Assembly: GCA_019057865.1 (NCBI GenBank)
Contig: JAHLWP010000011.1
Span: forward strand, 32,674-96,673
Reading direction: 5' to 3'
DNA from: Promethearchaeota archaeon
GTDB lineage: Archaea > Asgardarchaeota > Lokiarchaeia > Sigyniarchaeales > SOKP01
DNA: 64,000 bases
The notes under the pieces were generated by a model. That model worked only from the letters and a program-made list of their open reading frames with translations. It was not told where the DNA came from and made no database searches. Made by a program: the position numbers and the translations under genes. This document shows positions 9,419 to 19,107 of this stretch, piece after piece. How positions within the stretch are numbered: position 1 is the first letter of the stretch; each line of letters opens with the position of its first letter.

Positions 9419-10787
9419 AGGCTATAGAACAACTAACATGAAGAACATCAATGTAATTCATTATCCATATGCATAGAGGACAAAATACAGGATAGAACAA
9501 GCATGCAATAATACATCCAAGTAAGAGAGCTACTCCACATCCTACTTCACAGAAAAAACATCTTAATGGGTCTGATGGTGGTGGTGGTGGCGATGGTGGC
9601 GGTGTGTAACCCCCGCCATTGTCGGTATATATATCCGCTAAAACTGCAAAACTCTCAAGAATTTGCCAATCGTATTTTAAGAGTTGTTCTTTTACTAATT
9701 CGGAAAGAGATGCAATTCCTTCTTTTATATCAATGTAAGCATAATAAAGTTCCATTATGTCTAAACCCTCTGATTTTTTATAAATTTTTGCCATTTCTTC
9801 CGCAATATCTGCTAAAATGTCGTATTGTTGGGATAATATAACAGACATATTGAATTGTACAAACTCCATTGAAGTTATAGCTTTTTCGTTAACAGGAGTA
9901 TATTTTAGATTTGTAAATGAACTATTATAAGTCTCTGAATTTAAAGGATCAAGGCGAGTATAAATCGTTAATTTATAGTTATTATGGTAAATTAAATACT
10001 CTAATTGATAATATTGCAAATAGTAATTTTCTGAAGTGATTTCTGTCGAAATAAAATAAGCAGATTTATTGATTGTACTTGTAAATTTATTATAACTCCA
10101 TAATATAGTGTGAGTATGAATAAATTCGTAGACTGTACCATTAAGTTCAAATCTATTGAGAATTGTTATATGGTCTTCTTGTTGTTCTAATACCTTAGAT
10201 GTTATGTTTATTGATTCACTCTGACTTGGGCATTCTTGATTTTCATTACAAGATAGACAACCTGAATAATATAAAAGTAGTGGTTCTATTAGTAATTCAA
10301 ATTTTGTATCAGCTATTTCATTTACCGTAATATAGTGATAACTTGTCCAGATTGGGTAATTTGCATCAATCCATGCCAGTATGCCACCAAGTATATTATA
10401 TACTTTTGTAAAGCCATACTCAACAAGTATCTCACTTGCTAATTGACTCCTATAGCCAGACTTACAGTAAACAATAATCTCAGTATTCTTATATTCTTCA
10501 AGTTCATTTATTCTAATTTCAAGTTCATCATGAGGTATTAAAATAGCGTTGTATAGGTGACCCTTTTCATATTCGCAGGAGGTTCTAACATCTAAAATAA
10601 CAAGGTTCGGATATTTATTTTCATGTTTTATCATATAATTGGCAGTATCTATAGTAATATTTTGATATATTTGTTCTTCAGCAGTAACCATTATTATTAA
10701 ACTGAAAGACGGTAGTAAAAATGCAGTTATAATGAAAAGAGCGATTGTCTTATGACTTATATGTTTTAAACTATTTTTTAAATTCAA
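9393..10787 (-). CDS. Exported rhodanese-domain protein with Pro linker and C-terminal 10-Cys halocin-C8-like peptide
   Basis: N-terminal signal/TM. Rhodanese motifs LDVR, GHLYNA, VYCKSGYRS, GGILAW. Then GGGYTPPPSPPPPP and a hydrophobic tail with 10 Cys ending in CP. Confidence 0.8.
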   Translation of the reverse strand: MNLKNSLKHISHKTIALFIITAFLLPSFSLIIMVTAEEQIYQNITIDTANYMIKHENKYPNLVILDVRTSCEYEKGHLYNAILIPHDELEIRINELEEYKNTEIIVYCKSGYRSQLASEILVEYGFTKVYNILGGILAWIDANYPIWTSYHYITVNEIADTKFELLIEPLLLYYSGCLSCNENQECPSQSESINITSKVLEQQEDHITILNRFELNGTVYEFIHTHTILWSYNKFTSTINKSAYFISTEITSENYYLQYYQLEYLIYHNNYKLTIYTRLDPLNSETYNSSFTNLKYTPVNEKAITSMEFVQFNMSVILSQQYDILADIAEEMAKIYKKSEGLDIMELYYAYIDIKEGIASLSELVKEQLLKYDWQILESFAVLADIYTDNGGGYTPPPSPPPPPSDPLRCFFCEVGCGVALLLGCIIACLFYPVFCPLCIWIMNYIDVLHVSCSIACEYFKWCP

Positions 10788-11069
10788 AATTTTACCTTTT
10801 TATATTTTATTTTTTTTTAAATTGATTGATTTATACAAGTTAAATATAGCAATATGAAAATTTAACTGTTATATTTCTGCAATCATATTTATGAGATATT
10901 AAAATGATTAATTAATTATCTATTTTTATACACTTATTTTATTTATTATTAGAATTGATTTCCATAAATTTGTATTAGATACTTATATTTTAATTCCAAA
11001 AAAAAATAGATTAATTATTAAGTTATATTATTATAATAATAATGAAAATTCAAACTATAAGATGATATT

Positions 11070-12101
11070 ATGCCGAAAGAGGTAAAAGGGGTATTATTTA
11101 GCCGTTTGGTTGTTTTGATTTCTATTGTTCTTATCCCTATAATCACATTTTTAATCTATAATTTTGCTGGTTTTGAATTATGGTTTTCAAATGATCCAGA
11201 TTTGGAGTTTTTGATTATTAACCTTTTATGTCCCTTAGTTTTTAGTATTTCATGGTTATTTTTCATAATTTTATTTGCTAACCGTTTTGCTGAAACTATC
11301 GATTCTACAGATAGAGTGGTGGGGGTAATTCCCTTAAGATTGAAATTGTTTTATGGTATAAATGCCGTTTATATACTTCTTATTTTTGTATTTCCGTTAA
11401 TCACACCTGTTGTTTCAGTTTTAACTTTTGCTTCCTTTGGGTGGCAATTAACAACCATTAGAAAAGAACGATGGGAGGAGGACACAAAAGTTTCTTTATT
11501 AACTAAAATTGTTATGATTCTAGCTTCAATAATCCCTGTCTTCTGTGGAATAGTTATTATACCAGAATATATAAAGTTATCAATATTTTTATTATGGGAT
11601 ATTTGGATTCCATTGCTTGATCCGATTTACAAAATCTCGTATTGTTTATGTACCGCTCTAGCAATTGGGTCTTTATTTATTTTATTTGCTAATTCAGGCA
11701 TAAGTGAATATGAGCAAATATTTGTAGATACTACAAAAACTAAAAAGATGATGCAAATTAAAATTTTGGAAGTAGTTTTATTCGTTTTCTTCTTATTTTT
11801 AGCATTTTATGAATTTACTGTAATAGATCTATTCTATAATGCGGGATTTATAATTGTTCTTATAGTGTCAATTGTCAACTACTTTAGTGGGAAACAAAAA
11901 ACAAGTAAATTTCGAGGTCATGTGATGGGATATATTCTAGCTGCCATTTTTATGGGCTCCAATTTAATATTCATTTCAGATACAGAATTCTCAGATTTTA
12001 TGAAAGTCTCGAGTCTTATCATCTCTGGAATATTGTTTATTTTAGTATTTTTGTATACATTCATTCACCTAGAGGAACCTGAACTAAAATATAATCACTA
12101 A
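11070..12101 (+). CDS. Polytopic membrane protein, unknown function
   Basis: About 10 hydrophobic segments in a long ORF. Confidence 0.8.
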   Translation: MPKEVKGVLFSRLVVLISIVLIPIITFLIYNFAGFELWFSNDPDLEFLIINLLCPLVFSISWLFFIILFANRFAETIDSTDRVVGVIPLRLKLFYGINAVYILLIFVFPLITPVVSVLTFASFGWQLTTIRKERWEEDTKVSLLTKIVMILASIIPVFCGIVIIPEYIKLSIFLLWDIWIPLLDPIYKISYCLCTALAIGSLFILFANSGISEYEQIFVDTTKTKKMMQIKILEVVLFVFFLFLAFYEFTVIDLFYNAGFIIVLIVSIVNYFSGKQKTSKFRGHVMGYILAAIFMGSNLIFISDTEFSDFMKVSSLIISGILFILVFLYTFIHLEEPELKYNH

Positions 12102-12416
12102 TTTTTTTTTTTGATTTTTAATTTTAAGTTAACCCTGATATATTCATGTTAAAAATTAAACTGATTTCCTGAATATATTAAACTAGATTAAAAAATTATT
12201 ATTTTAGAATAAGCGAGATTAATAAAGATATTGATTTTATTAAAATTCGCATCAAACAGTAAGAATTCGTTGATTAAATATTTTAATTCGATATGAGTTA
12301 AATTATCCTAAAATTTTCTACTATATTAGAATATAAATTATTAAAAAGCTAAATTTTATTTATAATTTTAAGGTTAAAATTAAAATTTATTAAAAAAAAA
12401 TAAGGGTTAGAAAAAA

Positions 12417-14474
12417 ATGAAAATTATAAATGCTAAATCCTTAATGGTTCTTTCTTTGTTTCTTACCTCAATGATTGCAATGCCAGTTATGGTATCTGCT
12501 GACGACGATAATAAATTTGACTTTGATCAGTGGGGAGGTAGCGAGGGTTTTGTTACTGGTTTTCAGGGAGGCTTTGGAAGTATTTTTGGAGGATTAGGTT
12601 ATGCAGGAAATCTGTTAGGACATGTTTTTCAAATGTTATTTGTTCAAGCATATGAGAGTTTTGATAGTAAAGAGATGCTACCAGGCGTCTATGTTTTAAG
12701 TGCATTTAATGAAACGAAAACTCCAGTTAAAGTTAATGATTATGGACCTGTTGGTGTTAGTGAATACCATCTACTACCGGAGGATTATGCTGCAGGACTT
12801 CCACCAGATACGACAGCTTACTGTGAAGTAGTAAAGAGTGGTTCATATGAGTATAATATGACTGTTGGGGCAGGAGTCACACTTATAATTTGGGATAGCG
12901 ATAATTCATTCATTAAAGCAGTTAAAAAGTTAATTAGCTTTTTCAAAGAAATAGAAGCGATCGAAGGAGAAGAGATTCCTGAGGATCTTATTAGAGAAGG
13001 AGTAGAACTAATTGTTTGGTTTTTAATCCATATAAATGATATTATCACTGGCGATGAACTTTTTATATTGAATCCCATTACCTGGCAGAAATTAGAAATT
13101 ACTCCAACTACTTTTCAAATAACAAAAACATGGTATCTTTCTGCTACTGAGAATATAATTGATCCTAGTGGTGATGATGTTCTTAACGCAATAACATATC
13201 CAATAATATACAATCAATTGAATACAAATGCCAGTAACAGAAAAGATATTTATATGCAATGGTTATTGAGAGATACAGAAATTATACCCAATGAAAAATT
13301 ATACTGGACAGCATTTACCTTCGATTTAATTGAATTATGGATGAAAAATTTTGAAATTCATATTGACATAGCAGAACTTATTGACATTGGAAGTGGAGAG
13401 GGAGGCGATCCTGCGAAAGCTTTTCAGGGATGTGATATTGAATTTTACCTATTTACCCATCATTTAGCTGGTGCTTTCCTCTATAATGATTTAAATCTTG
13501 ATCGTGAACTTTCTGTGAACTATACAGATACAACAGTAACAATTGATGGTGAGGATAAAGATATATCATATCCAGTGAGTTCTGAACTTACTCACAGATT
13601 AATTTTAAGATATGTGGACAATTACAATTTTATACCTCCAACTAAGAATGATGATAATACTATTTCATGGGGATTACAATTACAAGATGTTAATATCTCT
13701 GCAGTTCCTGTTGGCATTGATTTAGATTCCTATCTAGCAGCTCCTCAAGAAAATCTAGATTATGTTCATTTTGGATTTACTTTTGATCCAGAAAAGAACG
13801 TACGAGGAGCAGATGCCGTAGGGAAAATAAAACTAGACCAATACTTTGCTCCATGGAATAATGATACTGATCCCTACGCAAATGCTGATATTACAGATTT
13901 GGATATGGCAATAATTTATGTGTCAACTATATTACATTTTCACTTAAATGTAGCAACTTCTGGTGTTGTTGAACCTCCTGATGCAAACATAGATGATTTT
14001 TATGATGATGATCCAAATGATGACGATTATGTTAAAGAGACTCATGAATTAAAGGTTGGAAATTACCTTGGCGGCTCAGAACCACTGGATTTCGTTGATA
14101 TTGCCGGACCATATTATGATTATGGTAATGAAACCCTCCCTAGAGGACGTGATAATGCGAGTACTGCTATCATCCCTCTTGCTGTATGGACTGGTGAAAT
14201 GGAAAGACATGATACATTTGTACCACCAAGTGAAACAGATGTACAACCTTTTGCTACTGATATTAGGGTTAATATAAGTTTTACTGTAGTAGCTTACGCG
14301 GTATGTTATCCTGAATTTGAGGATGGCACCGGAATTTGGCACGACCCTACTTTCTCAGTTTTCATGACTTTTCAAACTCCAGAATTCTGGGCTTTAATTG
14401 TATTGATTGCTGGTATTGGATTAGTCGGTGTTGCAACGATATTGATAAAAAGAAGAAAGGACATGAGAATCTAA
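12417..14474 (+). CDS. Acidic cell-surface protein with signal peptide and C-terminal membrane anchor
   Basis: Signal peptide ending VSA, Asp-rich body, several N-x-S/T sequons, WHDP motif just before a TM helix and KRRK tail. Confidence 0.8.
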   Translation: MKIINAKSLMVLSLFLTSMIAMPVMVSADDDNKFDFDQWGGSEGFVTGFQGGFGSIFGGLGYAGNLLGHVFQMLFVQAYESFDSKEMLPGVYVLSAFNETKTPVKVNDYGPVGVSEYHLLPEDYAAGLPPDTTAYCEVVKSGSYEYNMTVGAGVTLIIWDSDNSFIKAVKKLISFFKEIEAIEGEEIPEDLIREGVELIVWFLIHINDIITGDELFILNPITWQKLEITPTTFQITKTWYLSATENIIDPSGDDVLNAITYPIIYNQLNTNASNRKDIYMQWLLRDTEIIPNEKLYWTAFTFDLIELWMKNFEIHIDIAELIDIGSGEGGDPAKAFQGCDIEFYLFTHHLAGAFLYNDLNLDRELSVNYTDTTVTIDGEDKDISYPVSSELTHRLILRYVDNYNFIPPTKNDDNTISWGLQLQDVNISAVPVGIDLDSYLAAPQENLDYVHFGFTFDPEKNVRGADAVGKIKLDQYFAPWNNDTDPYANADITDLDMAIIYVSTILHFHLNVATSGVVEPPDANIDDFYDDDPNDDDYVKETHELKVGNYLGGSEPLDFVDIAGPYYDYGNETLPRGRDNASTAIIPLAVWTGEMERHDTFVPPSETDVQPFATDIRVNISFTVVAYAVCYPEFEDGTGIWHDPTFSVFMTFQTPEFWALIVLIAGIGLVGVATILIKRRKDMRI

Positions 14475-14609
14475 AAAATATATTTTTTTAAAATTTTATT
14501 TTTTTTTATTTTTATTTTCTTGAAACTTTATCCTACAAAGTTTTAAATTTTGATATATCTAAATGATATAAAGAGAAAAAAATTTTACAAGTATCAGTGA
14601 GAAGAAGAA

Positions 14610-16400
14610 ATGCCAATTAAGTTAGATGATACCTATCAAGTAGATGAAAATGAACGATGGTTTAAGAAATGGTGGCCTGAGGGAATCCCTTTTAATACTA
14701 CATTTGAAGAAAAAACTACAAATGAATTTTTAGACGAGCAAGTGGCGAAGCATTCTAATGAAAATTTAATTTGGTTTTTAGATACTTGGATTTCTTATAA
14801 ACAATTTCAAGAGTATGTAAAATCATTTGCTACGGCATTAGCTGATTTAGGCATTAAAGCCGGGGATGTTGTAGCAATCCACATGCCTAACTGTCCTCAA
14901 TATATAGTAGGATATTATGCTATTACTAGAATAGGAGCTATTGCTAGTGGAATTAATCCCACTTACCAACCTATGGAAATATTACATCAACTTGACATTA
15001 TAAAGCCTAAAATGTTAATTGTATTAGATGCTTTATATAAGACTTATATTAAACCTATTATTGAGGAATCAAGTGTAAAAATAATTGTTTATACTAATCT
15101 AGCAGATCTAACTGATATGATTAGTGTAAAAAAGATTGTTGGCAAATTTGTAAAGAAGATTCCTACAGGGAAAGTTGATTATCCTAATGCATATAGATTT
15201 AAAGATCTTCTTAAAACTAAGCCAAATATTCCAGAAATTAAAATTAATGTTAAGACCCATCCTGCAACTTATATAATGACCGGTGGAACAACAGGTTTGC
15301 CAAAAGCATCAGTTTTAACGCACTTTAATGTAGTATCCAATGCTAAACAATGCAAATTATGGTTGGGTGGAGAAAGACCATGTATAGGAAATATTGGGAT
15401 ACTTCCATTATTTCACAGTTTTGCTCATACAGTAGTTATGAATACTACTATAGCAGTTGGAGGTTGGATCATGCTCTTTCCAAGTCCTCCTTCACAAACA
15501 GAATTATGTGAAGAAATCGAAAAATTACCATGTACAGAAGGATTAATTTATGCGGGTACTGAAATGCTATTCAAAAGGCTAGCTGAACTCAAAAGAATAA
15601 AAAAAAGATACCCAGGAGTAATGGGAAAATTAATATTATGTGTTTCAAGTGCCGGTCCATTGCATAAAGCGGTACATGATGCCTTTATTGAAAATACTGG
15701 TGGTAGAATTGTGGAAGCTTATGGATTATCAGAAGCCAGCCCTGCTGTAAGTGCTGGTAATTTATTTGGTGAAAGTCCAGTTGGCAGCATAGGTGTGCCA
15801 TTCCCAGGAACAGAATGGGGCATCTGGCCAACAGACAATTTCAATTTAGGTCCTATATGTTTAGGAAATCCAGATGATAAAAATTTTGGTATTGAACATT
15901 CTGGAGAAATTTGTGTTGCTGGTCCCCAGATCATGTTAGAATATTTAAACGAACCAGATGAAACTGCTGATACAATTTTAGAATACAAAGATAAATTATG
16001 GTTATTAACAGGAGATATTGGTTTTATGAATGAAGATGGCACAATCGTAATTAGGGATCGAAAGAAACAACTTATTAAACATAAGGGTTATTCTGTATTT
16101 CCTAAAGAAGTAGAAGAACTCCTAATGAAACATCCAGATATTGCCGAAGCGGCAGTAGCAGGGTTACCACATGAGGAATATGGAGAAGTTATAAAAGCAT
16201 GGGTTTCAATAAAAGAAGATTGTAATTTATCACCCCAGACGATAAAAGAATGGGCTACTGAAAATATGGCACTTTATAAAGTACCTTATTCTATTGCTAT
16301 TGTTGGAGAATTGCCAAAAAATATCATAGGAAAGGTTCAGCGTAGAGCACTTCAAATTAAAGACCCGTTATATATTGAAAAATACGGAGATTCTCAATGA
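14610..16400 (+). CDS. Long-chain fatty-acid-CoA ligase (AMP-binding family)
   Basis: MTGGTTGLPK, EAYGLSEASP, TGDIG, DRKK, PKNIIGKVQR. Confidence 0.93.
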   Translation: MPIKLDDTYQVDENERWFKKWWPEGIPFNTTFEEKTTNEFLDEQVAKHSNENLIWFLDTWISYKQFQEYVKSFATALADLGIKAGDVVAIHMPNCPQYIVGYYAITRIGAIASGINPTYQPMEILHQLDIIKPKMLIVLDALYKTYIKPIIEESSVKIIVYTNLADLTDMISVKKIVGKFVKKIPTGKVDYPNAYRFKDLLKTKPNIPEIKINVKTHPATYIMTGGTTGLPKASVLTHFNVVSNAKQCKLWLGGERPCIGNIGILPLFHSFAHTVVMNTTIAVGGWIMLFPSPPSQTELCEEIEKLPCTEGLIYAGTEMLFKRLAELKRIKKRYPGVMGKLILCVSSAGPLHKAVHDAFIENTGGRIVEAYGLSEASPAVSAGNLFGESPVGSIGVPFPGTEWGIWPTDNFNLGPICLGNPDDKNFGIEHSGEICVAGPQIMLEYLNEPDETADTILEYKDKLWLLTGDIGFMNEDGTIVIRDRKKQLIKHKGYSVFPKEVEELLMKHPDIAEAAVAGLPHEEYGEVIKAWVSIKEDCNLSPQTIKEWATENMALYKVPYSIAIVGELPKNIIGKVQRRALQIKDPLYIEKYGDSQ

Positions 16401-16542
16401 GGTTTTATTAAAAACAAGTATTAAAAATCTTAATGATTAAATTAATCCAAATACGTAATTTTTTTTATTTTTCAAGATATTTTGAAATATCAAAAAATAA
16501 TAAATAATTTTAAAAATTATATTAAGATAAAGGATTGCATAG

Positions 16543-16574
16543 ATTCTAGTGTATAATTTCTAGTACACTAGAAT
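16543..16574. promoter_or_regulatory. Perfect 11-bp inverted repeat, candidate operator
   Basis: ATTCTAGTGTA-N10-TACACTAGAAT about 70 nt upstream of a wHTH gene. Confidence 0.55.
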
Positions 16575-16643
16575 AGTAATTAATAAAAATATAAGTTTTT
16601 TTTAATAAGATAATAAATAAATAAAACTTAGAGAGACAATATT

Positions 16644-17570
16644 TTGTCAGAAAAACCAGAAATAGAAAAACTTGAAATAGAGGCTGCGAAACTAGAAGGA
16701 GTAAAAGTAAAAGATAACGAGCTTTTATTAATTGATGAATTAGTTCAAGATTATGCTCCAGAAATTGCTCACATTTATGATTTTAGAGAGGATGAATCAG
16801 AAGAACAACAAATTAAAACAGGACGCCTTCATGAAAACCGTATCTTAGGTATTATCCTAAAATTTTACCTAAAAGGTAAAAAGAAAATTACTACAACTCA
16901 AGTTGAGCAAGAGTATAAAAGATATTATAAAGAAATTGCTCGTTCTACAATTTCGACTTACTTAAATATGCTAAAAAAAGAATCCACATTATATAAAGAA
17001 AGAGATGGTAGAGTAGTTTATTACATTTTTTATGAAGATCCTCCAAAAGATATTAAGCCATTTTGGTTTACTAGAATTTTTTGTATTGTTCCAGCTTACT
17101 TTGATAGAGCAATGTATTTTTCGAAATTGTATCTAAAGTCTGAATTATATACTCAAGAATACATTAAACGAACCAACAATGGAAATAAACAAATATTAAA
17201 CAAGAATTTCAAATTTCTGACTGGTTTAATTGTTTTAAATATTTTAAAAAATAGAAGTTCAAAATGTGTATTTTGTCAATTTAGTAAACGAGAAATTTAT
17301 AATACTTTACAGGAGGCAATATCGGTTGCAATTAAAGACCGATCTGATGTTTTACCTGAAGAATTGTTAGATTTTCTAATCAATGAGTATTCAGAAATCC
17401 CTATATTTAATGGGATCAATATTGAATGTCAAGAAACAGAAAAACTAATACTTGAAAATATCTTTAAATTTGCTGACAATTATAAAAAAGATTTAGAATT
17501 TCAGATAATGGTTTCAAGTAGAAGACAAGATATAAGATTAAAACAAAAAGAAATTATGGAACAAGAATAA
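16644..17570 (+). CDS. Winged-helix DNA-binding protein / putative transcriptional regulator
   Basis: IARSTISTYLNMLKKE...YKERDGRVVYY recognition helix and wing. C-terminal domain contains CVFC. Confidence 0.7.
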   Translation: MSEKPEIEKLEIEAAKLEGVKVKDNELLLIDELVQDYAPEIAHIYDFREDESEEQQIKTGRLHENRILGIILKFYLKGKKKITTTQVEQEYKRYYKEIARSTISTYLNMLKKESTLYKERDGRVVYYIFYEDPPKDIKPFWFTRIFCIVPAYFDRAMYFSKLYLKSELYTQEYIKRTNNGNKQILNKNFKFLTGLIVLNILKNRSSKCVFCQFSKREIYNTLQEAISVAIKDRSDVLPEELLDFLINEYSEIPIFNGINIECQETEKLILENIFKFADNYKKDLEFQIMVSSRRQDIRLKQKEIMEQE

Positions 17571-17644
17571 ATACAATCCATAAGATAAACAATAATTTAT
17601 TTCTTTACTTATAAAATAAGATTTTAAGTGTTCTTTGATAAACA

Positions 17645-18175
17645 CTAAAGCAGATTAGATTTTTGCATCATTAAGCTTGTTAGTGCTTCAAATGTTTCTT
17701 CTACATTTTCTCCTGTTTTAGAACTACACTCAATAAAACCGTCTACTCCTCTTGATTTTGATATATTAATTCCTTCCTCTCCAGAGATTTCACGATCATC
17801 AATTAAATCTGCCTTCCCGCCAACTACAATAACAGGAAATTGATCTTCTGATCTAATTTCTTTTTTAACAATTAATAACCAATCATCTATGTGAGCCAAA
17901 CTCGAGTAATTTGTGACATCGTACATGAAGAGCGCCCCATTTGCACCCCTAACATATGTTGGCAACAGGAATCTAAACCTTTCTTCACCTCCAAAATCCC
18001 AGATCTGAAGTTTTACTTTCTTTTCATTAATTTCCAAACTTTTTACTTCAAAATCCACACCTATTGTCATCTTAGAATCTGATTTAAACAAATTAGTAAG
18101 GAACCTTTGGGTTAAGGTAGTTTTCCCTGTTCCCGCATCACCGAATATTACTACTTTGTATGTTGCGTCGTACAT
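17645..18175 (-). CDS. Rab-like small GTPase (atypical G3/G4)
   Basis: GDAGTGKT, TIGVDF, WDFGGEERF, GGKAD, SSK. Confidence 0.95.
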   Translation of the reverse strand: MYDATYKVVIFGDAGTGKTTLTQRFLTNLFKSDSKMTIGVDFEVKSLEINEKKVKLQIWDFGGEERFRFLLPTYVRGANGALFMYDVTNYSSLAHIDDWLLIVKKEIRSEDQFPVIVVGGKADLIDDREISGEEGINISKSRGVDGFIECSSKTGENVEETFEALTSLMMQKSNLL

Positions 18176-18634
18176 TAACTTCCTCTTCCGAAACTTTATT
18201 TTAGTTTAATTTTTATACTTAAGGGAGGTATTTTTTATCTTTTTTAATTATATAGATATTTTACATTTAAATTTTATTTTTAAGGATTTATGTTTTAATA
18301 GATGGTTATTCTTTTAAGATTTCTATGTTTATTATGTAATTCATATATATAAATGTTTTAAAGCATTATAAATAAAATATCGAATTATAATTTATAATTT
18401 TAATGTAATAATTTTGAAACTTATGTTGTAAGAACCATTTACTATTTTCAATTTGTTATATAAGTTAATAATTCTGTTTTTTCTATAATTAGTCATGAAA
18501 ATATGACAAGTAAAGTTTCTTTAAATAATCTTGTAATGAAAGAGATTGACAATAAAAGTTAAATGTATATTAAACTTTTACAAACTTAGAAGTTTTTTAA
18601 CTACAAATGGGGAGTAAATTCTCTAAAAAATCGA

Positions 18635-19016
18635 ATGAGAGTGAGGATAATAACTGAGGTAAAAGATAAATGTGGGAAGTGCGGAGCAAAAATATCTCCT
18701 GATTATGATTTTTGCCATTCATGTGGTACCAAATTCAGTAAAATAGCAGCAACAACAAGAAAAAGAGAAAAAAAAAAATCATTATACTAAAAAAATAGTA
18801 GGTTCTAACCTTGATCGAGTTGAACGTTTAGAGCAATATATGAAAAGGAAACATAAAGTTCAATTAGCAATTGCTATTATAGGAGCAATCATAGGCGGGA
18901 TAATAGGTGGGATCTGATGGGTAAACCTAGGAAAGATTGAAAATTGGTGGATTATCCCTCTTGGAATACTCATAGGTGCTGTCGGTCCCTTTTTCATATA
19001 TGATATGTATATGTAA
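18635..19016 (+). pseudogene. Disrupted zinc-ribbon plus two-TM protein gene
   Basis: CGKCG...FCHSCG, then a frameshift in the A11 run (18768-18778), then a hydrophobic frame interrupted by TGA at 18915 and ending TAA at 19016. Confidence 0.7.
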
Positions 19017-19107
19017 ATCTCAAAAAATAAATTCTTTTACTTATTTTTTACTTTAATCTATACTTAATGTATTAGTCTATTTTTAATAACTATATGGTAA
19101 TAAGATA

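Noticed and set aside
9577-9606. Polyproline tract as a profilin ligand
   Set aside because: It lies in a predicted exported protein and reads as a linker; Loki profilins are also not established polyproline binders.
18915-18917. In-frame TGA as possible selenocysteine, given PSTK in the window
   Set aside because: It lies in a hydrophobic segment with no redox motif, the same gene also has a frameshift, and I saw no convincing SECIS. A nonsense mutation is more likely.
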